From: Candidatus Latescibacterota bacterium
GTDB taxonomy: Bacteria > Latescibacterota > UBA2968 > UBA8231
DNA: 64,000 nt
NCBI GenBank assembly: GCA_965197905.1
Contig: CBDAOB010000005.1
Span: forward strand, 640,001-704,000
Reading direction: 5' to 3'
Made by a program: the position numbers and the translations under genes
In this document: piece after piece, positions 47,656-56,875 of the stretch
Layout: every line of letters begins with the position of its first letter
Numbering within the stretch: the stretch's first letter is position 1
Notes under the pieces: model-generated
What the model was told of the DNA's origin: nothing
Database searches by the model: none
The model's input: only the letters and a program-made list of their open reading frames with translations

Positions 47656-50025
47656 CTAAGCGGCCAACGAATCGATGAGTTCTGCGGCTTCGTCGGCGGC
47701 CGCCGATGCCCCGATGTCAGAGAAACGGAGCCGCGCTTCTTGCCAGGATCTGCGCGCTGCAATCAGGTCACCGCGGCGTTGATGGACATGTCCCAACTCT
47801 CGATCGCATTCGGCTACCTCGTAGCTGTTCTGCAGATCGACGAGCAGATTCTTGCTTCTCAGCAGCAATTCCTCGGCTCGATCCGCTTCCCCCTGTTCGC
47901 GTTTGATGATGCCTTCCACCTTGATATTTTCGGCCTGACCTCGCCGGTCGCGCGCCTGATCGGCATAGGCGCTGGCAGCGGCGCATGTGCGTTCCGCCGT
48001 CTCGGGCTGTCGCGTTTCCAGCTCGGCTAACGCGCGGCTGCTCAGAGCCCGCCCGAGGAGGGCGGTGGCTCCCATGTGCCGCGCCAATTCCACCTCATTC
48101 CGAAAATTTTCCAACGCCGCCGGCCAATCCTTCTGGACAACGTGATTGAATCCAATTCCGTGCGCAACTGGGGGAAAGCCCCCTGCACCCGTAAAACAAC
48201 GCATCGCTTTGGTGTAGAGCAGCATAGCCTGGACATTGTCACCTTGTAACGTTGCCAAATGGCCGCGGGTAGAGTAGATGGCCCCGAGTAGTTCGTCGTC
48301 GCCGGCCACGATCGCCAGTTCGGCGCCGACGCGAAGGTGCTCGGCAGCTGTGATAAACTGCGATTTCCCGAGAGCAATCCGAGCCAGCAGCTCCGACAAT
48401 CCGGCACGCTGCATGGCGTCGATTTGGGACTCGAACTGGATGTCGTGACACAAATGTTCCGCTTCCTCGTTCTGCCCTCTCTGAAAGTGCAGCTCGCCCA
48501 TCAGCAGCAGGGCCCTGACCTGGGCCGCCCTATTCTCGTTCGGCGCGGCAAGCTGCAGGGTTTCGCGGCAGTTTCTGGCTGCATCCTGCCATTCACCTAG
48601 ACGAATCTCCACGTCCGCTAATTCCAGCAGCACGGTTATGGTCCGGTTACGGTCCGGACCGGTCTCCAACTGCCGAGCCATCTGCAGTCCCATCCCAAGA
48701 AAGCTCCGAGCTACCGTCAGCTCTGCCCGCTGGCGCGCTTCTCGGCTCGCATTTAACAGGTATTCCACCGCCTTGGCGGATTCTCCGGCGTGACGCGAAT
48801 GTCGCGCCAACGCCTCCGTTCTATTGGCGGGCGCTTTCTCCATGAAGTGAAGAAGACGCAGATGCATCTGGCGGCGTTTTTCAGCGGGCATCCTGGCGTA
48901 GAACAGGTCAGCCATCGCGCCGTGGGAGAAACGAAAACACCTGCCGGCCGGGGCGAGCAGGTGGGTTGATCGCTGCATTCGCACCAGCCTCCTCAAGACG
49001 CTGGTGCGGGGCCAACCCAACGCTTCGGCAACGAGCACACCTTCAAACACCGGACCCTGAATCGAGGCGGATTCCAGCAGGGAACGGTCCTCCGTATCGA
49101 GGCCCTCCAGCAAATAGTCGACGTGCAGGACATCCTCTGATTCAACCACTTCCCAGCGGCGATTAACCCAGACTCCGTCGTGCTCGTACAGGATGCCCTG
49201 TTGTCTTGCCCGTTCCACCTGTTCGATTACGTCGGCGGGGTAGCCGTCGCTGCGGGAACAGATTTGTGCAGTGAGATCCTCGTTCAGTTCGGAGTAGACC
49301 AGGTAAGCTTCGGTCAGTTGGCGCACGTCGGTTGCAGACATTCTGCTCAGTCGGACGAGCTCTACATGCTTGCGACAGGTCAGGGAACGCAGAAGGGGGG
49401 TGGTTGAGCTCGGTCCGGACCAACCTGCCGTCCGCGGCCGCATCGCGCAGACCACCACCAGTGCTTGGCTCTCAATCCTGTTCGTAAGGTAGGCGACGAG
49501 ACTGATGGTAGCGGAATCGGCCCGATGAAAGTCGTCAAAACACAACACCAGCGGTTGCTTTCGCGACAAGCTCAACAAGCAATTTGCAATGCGGGCGACG
49601 CCAAGTCTGGCACCCAGGACCTCGTCGGTGTCAGGCGAAGACCCACTGCGCTTGCGGGGGCGAGGATACACTAGTTGCGCCAGTTGTGGGTCGTATGCCT
49701 CGATTGCAGTACGAAAGTTCCTTTGTTCAGCGGGAGAACCCAGGCTGGAGCAAACGCGCAGGCCGTTCAGAAAGGCGCCGAAAGGAATGCCGGGGTCCTC
49801 GTGCGATTCGCCCGCCCCGACATACTGTATTCCAAGGTCCGCGGCGGAGAACTCCATTTCGGCGAGCAGCCGGGACTTTCCGGTGCCGGGTAGGCCGGTG
49901 ACAAATACGGCCGAACCGCGCGACGAAAGGGATTCGTTCAACTTTTCCCTTAGCAGCGATAACTCCGCGTCGCGGGCGATCAGCTGTGGGCGCACTTCGC
50001 TTGTTGTAGTCGATCGAGTTTTCAT
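47656..50025 (-). CDS. AAA_16 (STAND-type) ATPase + TPR protein without an effector domain
   Basis: LIARDAEL, GLPGTGKS, FDDFHRAD, FRFSH; C-terminal TPR-like repeats. Confidence 0.85.
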   Translation of the reverse strand: MKTRSTTTSEVRPQLIARDAELSLLREKLNESLSSRGSAVFVTGLPGTGKSRLLAEMEFSAADLGIQYVGAGESHEDPGIPFGAFLNGLRVCSSLGSPAEQRNFRTAIEAYDPQLAQLVYPRPRKRSGSSPDTDEVLGARLGVARIANCLLSLSRKQPLVLCFDDFHRADSATISLVAYLTNRIESQALVVVCAMRPRTAGWSGPSSTTPLLRSLTCRKHVELVRLSRMSATDVRQLTEAYLVYSELNEDLTAQICSRSDGYPADVIEQVERARQQGILYEHDGVWVNRRWEVVESEDVLHVDYLLEGLDTEDRSLLESASIQGPVFEGVLVAEALGWPRTSVLRRLVRMQRSTHLLAPAGRCFRFSHGAMADLFYARMPAEKRRQMHLRLLHFMEKAPANRTEALARHSRHAGESAKAVEYLLNASREARQRAELTVARSFLGMGLQMARQLETGPDRNRTITVLLELADVEIRLGEWQDAARNCRETLQLAAPNENRAAQVRALLLMGELHFQRGQNEEAEHLCHDIQFESQIDAMQRAGLSELLARIALGKSQFITAAEHLRVGAELAIVAGDDELLGAIYSTRGHLATLQGDNVQAMLLYTKAMRCFTGAGGFPPVAHGIGFNHVVQKDWPAALENFRNEVELARHMGATALLGRALSSRALAELETRQPETAERTCAAASAYADQARDRRGQAENIKVEGIIKREQGEADRAEELLLRSKNLLVDLQNSYEVAECDRELGHVHQRRGDLIAARRSWQEARLRFSDIGASAAADEAAELIDSLAA

Positions 50026-50111
50026 GGACTATGCTTTTTTTCAGTTACAGCGGAGAGACTGGTGTGGAGAATCTCCGGGATGCCGTTCCTCGAGCGGCTC
50101 CAGGCAGATCA

Positions 50112-50732
50112 TCAGCGGCGCGAACCGCGGCGCAGACCGTACCGTGAAAAGCCCGGTATGGAGATTTCTACTGCGAGCTCATCGTCGTCGGCATCTATGT
50201 CAATAATCTCAGCAACGGTGCTGGTGCCATCGGGATAGATGTGAAATGCCTGAATATCAGAGCTTTCGGGATTGTCGTCCTCAGATTCCATATCGATCTT
50301 GAGAACCGCCGGAATTACGAACTGAGTGCCGGGGGGGTGGAAAGCGATAACCAAATCGTTCAGTGTGCTTCCGGACACCGTCATGGTGATTACCACATCC
50401 TCGCCAACCCCTCCCTCTTGCACACAGAACTCCACGTTGACTTCGGAGTCCTCCTCCTCCATTTTCACTTCGAACTCGCCAGCGTCATCGGGCGTGAACA
50501 GGTCCGAATCGGTGCGGCTGTTGTCGTCATCGTCGTCGAGCCGTTTTGCGGCGCGCATGGCCGCCTCGGGTGAAAAGGCGATGATGACCCTGCCGGAGGG
50601 ATCCTCTTCCACAGCTTGACCAGCCGAAGTCGGGGAGTCGGAGACGTCACTACACCCGTACATGGCCAACGCAAGGAGGGCCACCAGGAAGGTGATGGCG
50701 AGGAGTGCCGGACTGTTGAATCGAGGTAACAT
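50112..50732 (-). CDS. Acidic lipoprotein with a ZU5-like C-terminal domain
   Basis: Lipobox AMYGC; FHPPGTQFVIPAVLKI and IPGFSRY resemble the ZU5 GP.G..F..P and HFS motifs. Confidence 0.65.
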   Translation of the reverse strand: MLPRFNSPALLAITFLVALLALAMYGCSDVSDSPTSAGQAVEEDPSGRVIIAFSPEAAMRAAKRLDDDDDNSRTDSDLFTPDDAGEFEVKMEEEDSEVNVEFCVQEGGVGEDVVITMTVSGSTLNDLVIAFHPPGTQFVIPAVLKIDMESEDDNPESSDIQAFHIYPDGTSTVAEIIDIDADDDELAVEISIPGFSRYGLRRGSRR

Positions 50733-50776
50733 TCGTATTTCCTCCAGAAGGGGGAGTTCTAACAGATCCTCATACA

Positions 50777-50792
50777 GGCAAAGGTCGTGCCA
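50777..50792 (-). promoter_or_regulatory. Sigma54 -24/-12 promoter
   Basis: TGGCACGACCTTTGCC, a near-perfect consensus 45 bp upstream of the lipoprotein ATG. Confidence 0.85.
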
Positions 50793-50868
50793 TCTGCGCG
50801 GACCCTCTCGCCTTTTTTATTAATTGTTTAATTTCAACGAGTTACGGTTAGTCTGCAAAGCCCTGGTT

Positions 50869-50947
50869 GGGGTTTTCATCCCGTGGTGGTGAAAAACGAC
50901 GCGGGTGATATAACCCACTGGGTCAAATGACCCGGGGGATTAAACCC
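50869..50947. promoter_or_regulatory. Array of GGG-N8-CCC palindromes, putative enhancer (UAS) sites
   Basis: GGGGTTTTCATCCC (50869), GGGTGATATAACCC (50903), GGGTCAAATGACCC (50920), GGGGGATTAAACCC (50934). Confidence 0.6.
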
Positions 50948-51320
50948 GGAACTTCAAAATCGTATGGCCCATTTTGATCAGATCATCGTTTTTCAAGAGC
51001 GTAGGCGCCTGAATGCGCTCGCCGTTGACGTGGGTGCCGTTGGTGGTGTCGAGGTCCTCGACCCAGAAACTGTCCGACTGGTAGGATATCTTGGCATGCG
51101 CCGTGGACACCTCGTCATCGCTCAAGACGATATCGTTGGATTCTCCCCGACCGATGAAACGCTCGACCACTGAGATCAGGTACTCCTGTTTCTCTCCATC
51201 TGCCCCCATGACTACCAGACGGCCGACGATGTACGGTTCGATGGCGAGGCCATTGCCGCACTGGGTGCAGAAATTCGTCCCGCTTCTGTTTTGATGGCCG
51301 CAGTTAGTGCAGAGTTTCAT
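50940..51320 (-). CDS. Zinc ribbon + FHA domain protein
   Basis: CTNC...FCTQCG; IGR, VSTAHA, DLDTTNGTHVNG. Confidence 0.9.
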   Translation of the reverse strand: MKLCTNCGHQNRSGTNFCTQCGNGLAIEPYIVGRLVVMGADGEKQEYLISVVERFIGRGESNDIVLSDDEVSTAHAKISYQSDSFWVEDLDTTNGTHVNGERIQAPTLLKNDDLIKMGHTILKFRV

Positions 51321-51330
51321 GGGATGCTGT

Positions 51331-51618
51331 TCAGCTGCTCTTCTCCATGAGGTCTTTCGCTTCGGCGATTCGGTCCTTTATCTCCTCATTTTGCGGGTCT
51401 TGCTCCAGCGCCTTTTCCCAGGATTCGACGGCCTCAGAATACATCCCCTTCTTGAAGTAGACGAGCCCCAGGTTGTACTGCACGTCCACCAGATTCAGTG
51501 ACTTTTGGGTTCTGGCGCCACTCTCGAGGAACTGCGGATCGACCAAGCGCGTGCCGCATACGCCGCAGTACCTGTCGCCTTCATGGTAGGCTGATTGACA
51601 ACCGGGACACTCTGGCAT
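51331..51618 (-). CDS. Zinc ribbon + single TPR protein
   Basis: CPGC...YCGVCG; YNLGLVYFKKGMYSEAVESWEKALEQDP. Confidence 0.88.
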   Translation of the reverse strand: MPECPGCQSAYHEGDRYCGVCGTRLVDPQFLESGARTQKSLNLVDVQYNLGLVYFKKGMYSEAVESWEKALEQDPQNEEIKDRIAEAKDLMEKSS

Positions 51619-51633
51619 TTTACTCCTGCGCTC

Positions 51634-52192
51634 TCAATCTGTCGCCACAGAATCGCCGCAATTGCCGCAAAATCGATCGCCGGGGCTGAAGAGAGTCCCA
51701 CACTGTTGGCATTCCCTCTCCGCTTCGAGGGTAGTGCCGCATTGCCGGCAGAATCGATCATCTGCTTGGGCCTGGGTCCCGGCACTGAGGACAAAACAGG
51801 TATAAATCACCATTCCGATCCTCCAGCACCCGGCCAAGCTCCTGTAGAAGCCGCTCTTGGTCGAACGGCTTGGCAATGATTCCGCAGACCCCCAGGTCGA
51901 TTAGCGGCCCTATCGCTTCCTTGTTCAGATAACCTGAGACTACGATCGTGGGGGGCACCGCCATCTTCCTGTTTTTCATGAAGCTCAAGAGGTCTTGCCC
52001 ATGGGGCCCAGGCATATGAAGGTCGAGGAGCATGGCATCGACCGTTTGGACCTTGAGAAGCTCGAGGGCCGTACGCACCCTTTCGGCCTGGAGCGTTAAG
52101 TGGCCGGCTTTCTCCACCATGCGGGACAGGGTTTCCGCAACGGACCTGTCGTTGTCGACGATCAAGACCCTCTTGATGATGTTGGTACCCAT
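51634..52192 (-). CDS. Response regulator receiver + double zinc ribbon, +1 frameshift near 51781
   Basis: VLIVDND, LLDLHMP, AKPF; CPQC|GTQ...FCRQCG...CQQC...FCGNCG once an extra C is removed. Confidence 0.8.
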
Positions 52193-52202
52193 CTCCAGGC
52201 GC

Positions 52203-53177
52203 TCAGCTCAGGGGTAGGAAAAACCGAAAACTAGTGCCCTCGCCGACTTTCGAAGCCAAGAGGATTTCGCCCCGGCAGCTGTCAGCAATGCTCCTGCATA
52301 TGGCTAAGCCCAACCCGGTGCCCACATCCTCATCCTTTGTCGTGAAGAAAGCCTCAAAGATCTCAGCCATCGATTCTGTAGCAATCCCCGGACCATTGTC
52401 GCGTACCTCGGCAAATGCCATGGGGACATCGTCAACGTCCGAGCTCAGAGCGCGAAACACCGACCAGCCTCGTTCTTCCTCTTCAGATGCGACCTCCTCG
52501 GCCGCGGCGGCACCGGTAGCGATCTCGATCAGTCCGCGGTCGACATTCCTGGTGGCATCCAAGGCGTTGACCAAAAGATTGGTTATTACCTGCTCGATCT
52601 GTGTCGCATCGCCGCGGACTTCCGGCAGCTCGAAGTCGAAGCTGGTGTGCACGTCGATCCCCTGTGTGAGCGGGAGGAAGAACGTCAGCAGATCGTCGCA
52701 CACGGAGTTGAGGTTGAGGTCGCTGACTTCGGCGTGTTTCTTGCGTGAAAAATTGAGAATGTTCCGGGTCAGGTCTTTCAACCTCTGCGTGCCGCGGTGC
52801 ATGGCCGTAAAAACAAACTCTTGCTCTTCGGTATTCTCTTCTTTGAGCAAGAGCTCGAGATGGCCGGAAATCACGGCCAACGGATTGTTGATTTCGTGGA
52901 TGATCGCCGAGGCCATCTGGCCCATCGCGCTCATGCGCTCCGAGCGCACCAACATGCGTTGCGCCTGCTTTAGCTGCACGTGGGCTTGCTCGATTTCGCT
53001 CAATCTCTGCTGCAGCTCCCGATTGCGCGCGCGTAATTCCTGGTAGGCGATCTGGGTCTCGAGATCGGACACCGAGAGAATCCCTTCCATCTGCCGATAC
53101 GCCATTTCCAGCTCGTCCAGCAGATAGGTATTCTCCGCCTGCAACTTCTCATCGGTATGGGTAGATTTTCGGCTCAT
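52203..53177 (-). CDS. Cytoplasmic histidine kinase with an N-terminal coiled coil and no sensor domain
   Basis: HEINNPL, NLLVNALDA, DNGPGI, FFTTK, GTGLGL. Confidence 0.92.
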   Translation of the reverse strand: MSRKSTHTDEKLQAENTYLLDELEMAYRQMEGILSVSDLETQIAYQELRARNRELQQRLSEIEQAHVQLKQAQRMLVRSERMSAMGQMASAIIHEINNPLAVISGHLELLLKEENTEEQEFVFTAMHRGTQRLKDLTRNILNFSRKKHAEVSDLNLNSVCDDLLTFFLPLTQGIDVHTSFDFELPEVRGDATQIEQVITNLLVNALDATRNVDRGLIEIATGAAAAEEVASEEEERGWSVFRALSSDVDDVPMAFAEVRDNGPGIATESMAEIFEAFFTTKDEDVGTGLGLAICRSIADSCRGEILLASKVGEGTSFRFFLPLS

Positions 53178-53179
53178 GA

Positions 53180-54571
53180 CTATACGGCGTTGTTGATGCC
53201 GAACTTTCGCATGCGGTACCGCAGCTTGTCTCGGCTGATCGCGAGGAGGGCGGCGGTCTGCGAAACGTTGCCGCCGGCGTGTTTCAAAGCCGCTTCGATC
53301 AGTTCCCGCTCCACTGCTTCCATCGCAATTCCGCCCTCGGGAAATTGAATGCTGATAGAGCCCCTTTCGTCAACTGCAACGTTGGAAACCGGCTCGCGGC
53401 GGGCGTCCCGGGATCGCCGATCGATCTCCAGATCGGCTGCCGATATCACCTCGCCGTCGGTCATCAGGACCGCGCGTTCGACGACATTGCGCAACTCGCG
53501 GACGTTTCCCGGCCACGGATACGCCTTGACCAATTCGCAGGCATCCTCGCCAAATCGGCGCCGGGCCGATCCGTGCATGTCCGAAAAGGCATTCAAACAA
53601 TGTTTGGCAAGGAGAAGCGAATCTTCGCTGCGCTCCCGTAAGGGCGGCAAATCCATGGGAACGACATTGAGCCGATAATAGAGGTCTTCACGAAATCGAC
53701 CTTCGGCTACCGCCTTTTCCAGATCTTCGTTGGTGGCGGCGAGGAATCGCACCGAAACCTCCTGCTGTTGCGTGCTGCCAACGCGGCGAAATCTCTGCGT
53801 CTCCAAGACGCTCAGAAGTTTGGCCTGCAGATTGATGGGCATCAAGCCGATTTCGTCGAGCAACAGCGTCCCCTGATCGGCCACCTCCAGCAGGCCCTGT
53901 TTTCGAGCCTTGGCATCCGTGAAGGCGCCGCGCTCATGGCCAAAGAGCTCGGATTCCATCAGGTTGCCCGGGATGTTGGTGCAATCGACGCTAATGAACG
54001 GTTTGTCACGCGTGCTCCCAAGCGTATGAATCGCTCTCGCCACCAGCTCCTTTCCGGTGCCGCTTTCTCCCCTGATCAATACGGTGGCCCGGGTGCCAGC
54101 GACACGGTGAATCATGCGAAACACATCCTGCATCGCCTCACTGGCACCGACGAGTCCCTCCAGCTCGCTCTCCGGTTCCGGGGGCGGCTCCAAGAGCTTG
54201 TCGATGAGCACGCGCAGTTCGGCGAGGGGAGTTGGTTTGGTGAGGTAATGCGTCGCTCCCAGACGTATCGCATCCATTACCGCCGATGCTCCCTGGTAGG
54301 CGCTCATCATCACCACGGGACACGAGTGTTCCAACTGCTTCAGGCGTTTTAGAACCTCCAGGCCATCCATGTCGGGAAGGCGCAGATCGAGCAACACCAA
54401 CCCCGGTTCGATCTCGCCACAGATGGAGATGCCCTCTTCCCCGGAGCTCGCTTCGACCGCCGAGTACCCCAAGCCGCGAACGAAATTCGACAATAGTCCA
54501 CGAAGATCGACGTCGTCGTCGATTACCAGTACCGCGGTAGTCGTTCCAATGTCTTCCGCGTTGCTCACCAC
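53180..54571 (-). CDS. Sigma54-dependent response regulator (NtrC family)
   Basis: REC domain; GESGTGKE, ESELFGHERGAFTDA, WPGNVREL; Fis-type HTH. Confidence 0.95.
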   Translation of the reverse strand: MVSNAEDIGTTTAVLVIDDDVDLRGLLSNFVRGLGYSAVEASSGEEGISICGEIEPGLVLLDLRLPDMDGLEVLKRLKQLEHSCPVVMMSAYQGASAVMDAIRLGATHYLTKPTPLAELRVLIDKLLEPPPEPESELEGLVGASEAMQDVFRMIHRVAGTRATVLIRGESGTGKELVARAIHTLGSTRDKPFISVDCTNIPGNLMESELFGHERGAFTDAKARKQGLLEVADQGTLLLDEIGLMPINLQAKLLSVLETQRFRRVGSTQQQEVSVRFLAATNEDLEKAVAEGRFREDLYYRLNVVPMDLPPLRERSEDSLLLAKHCLNAFSDMHGSARRRFGEDACELVKAYPWPGNVRELRNVVERAVLMTDGEVISAADLEIDRRSRDARREPVSNVAVDERGSISIQFPEGGIAMEAVERELIEAALKHAGGNVSQTAALLAISRDKLRYRMRKFGINNAV

Positions 54572-55615
54572 TCAGAATCCCACGGCGACACTCACCGTAT
54601 GCAGCGAGTCAAAGAACTTCACATCGGTAAAAGCATAGTCGACGTCGACATCTTCGAGACCGCCGACGTCGAGCTCCAGCCCCAATCCAAAGCTGCTGCC
54701 GAACAGGTCATTATCTCTTCCGCCTGGCGCGACATCGAATCCGGTGCGCAACGTGAGAAAATCGCCAAAGCCGTATTCAACCCCCATCTTGATCTCGTCC
54801 AGATCGAAGTTATTGCGCTGGAACATGGTATGCAGCTGCAGGCGGTCAGCCGGGCGTGGGCGGTAGCGATATCCGAAACCCAGCTCGAAGGTGGAGGGGA
54901 GATCGCTGAACTCGCCTCGATCTTGTAGGTCGAGGAGGGGCGGCGCAGGTTTTCCGTTTGTCCACGTCGCCTCAATCCGGAACCGTCGAACCGCATCGGC
55001 GTTCCCAGATTCTTGATCGATACGCCGAAGTCCAACCCTTGTATGGCACCGAAATCGGCATACTGCAAACCGAAGTTGAAGGCGAGCGCCGAGGCACCGA
55101 CTTGGTCGAAGCGGTTGGCCACGTAGTTCACTGTGCCTGCCACCGCCACCCGAGTTCCCACCTGCCGCGCAAAGCTCAACCCGGCGACCACAAACGTCGG
55201 TGCAAAGGTGCCACCCGTGCCGTCGGGCTGGGTTTCGGTGGTGATCTCGATCTCATTTGCGGTGAGGACCTTCATGTTGGCGGCAACCGAACCCAATCCG
55301 GCGAACCGGGCGCTGGCTGCGGCGTAGCTGATGCGAATGTCCGCCAGGTAAGACATGGTGGCGAACAGAAGGGTGGCGTCGTGCGACCCTCGCGCAAGGC
55401 CTGCAGGATTCCAGGAGAGGGCGGTTATGCCTTCGGTGGTGGCGATGGAAGCGCCTCCCAGTGCAGCGGCCCCGGGCGTCGACCGGAATCAGCAGTTCAG
55501 GTGCAGCAGCGGTCCCGGCCCGTTTGTCCCCGTTGGCGAAGACACTGGAGGCAAGGCACAACAAAACAACGAATGCCATCAACTGTATCGCGGAGGACGT
55601 TCTCAGTGTATGCAT
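54572..55615 (-). pseudogene. PorV/PorQ (UPF0164)-like outer-membrane beta-barrel with two frameshifts (~55470, ~54905)
   Basis: GTAAAPELLIPVDARG|AALGGA...WNPAGLA; DLPSTFELG in a shifted frame; C-terminal HTVSVAVGF. Confidence 0.72.
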
Positions 55616-55625
55616 AGCTAGGAAC

Positions 55626-56875
55626 CTAGAACCGATCTAGGACCTGTTGTTCCTGCACCAGGATCAGCTTGAGTGTTCGGGCGATGTTTAGATCGGGCAG
55701 CTGCACCAGCGCCAGATACATGCCGCTGGCTACCGGAATCCGGTGGTCGTTGAGCAGATCCCAGCGCATGAACTGGCTGTCGTCTTCTTTTAGCAGGGTG
55801 CGAACCCGGGTCCCTGCCAGATCGAAAATCTGGATTCGGACATGCTCCGGAAGGTGGCTGAAGGTGATGAAACGATCGTGACGGCTGGTCTCAGCCTCGT
55901 TTACTCCGTAGTACGGATTCGGAAATGCCTTGATCTTCCTGGCATCGGCCCGGCGCAGTGAATCAGAGGAGGCGATACCGGGCACCTCAAAGGAGAAGAC
56001 GTCTTCCACAGCCAAAGGCGAGGTCGGAACCAGCAGGAAACTGTCCTCTTCGCGGGGGAATCGATCCTCTTGCAAGCGACTGGCAAAAACGATCCACATG
56101 ATGGGCAGGTCGACCTCTTCCGGCAGCAGGCCGTGATCGGTCAACAATCCGTTTCCGGCGCCGGCGTTCGGATCGGTGTAATCGAGGTCGAAAACGAGCA
56201 ACCACTCGCTGGGGCTGTAGATGGAGATGTTGTCGGTAGTCTCCTGCCAGGCGGGGCCGTAAGCGCCGTTGACCAGACCCTCCGGCACGTTGTTTTCCAT
56301 AAAGCCCACCTCGAGGCGGCGCGGGGGGTCGCTCTGCACGTCGTAAGCAGCTACCCCGATCGGTACCCGGTCCTGGTAGAGGATGAAACCGGGCCCCTCC
56401 GTTTGCACGACGAATTCGCTCCAATCGTATGGATTGGAGGTGTTGAGCAGCTCATCGGGGGCCGGCACCGGCGCATCGGCATGATCGAGATAGCGATAAG
56501 CCCAGGATACATCGGCAGCCGTCAGGTCAACCGGCCGGTACTGATCTCTGCCTTCTTCAACAACCACGTCGGCAAAGCGCAGCTCGACCGTTCGTGCGCG
56601 GTCCGCGGACACGGAGGATGGCGCGAGCCAGAAGGTGTTCGGATCGCCCGTTATGGCGCCGCCAAAACCTTCGGCGCCCCACTCGGCGCCCACCCATGAA
56701 TACCAGCGCTCTCCCGACGGCACGCTCCACTCCTTCATTCCAGGGGCGGGGCCCTGGACCCGGACCTCGAACCCTTCGGACCCGACATAGTGTCGGCTGC
56801 CTTGCTGATCGGTCTGCCCGTCAAGCAACAGGGTATTGGTCGCCTCATTAGTGAGCTCCCACTCCAGCCCACCGT
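55626..56875 (-). pseudogene. C-terminal part of a large secreted protein with a T9SS-like sorting domain
   Basis: IKAFPNPYY...ITFSHLP...IQIFDLAGTRVRTL...WDLLN...VASGMY; no N-terminus. Confidence 0.75.
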
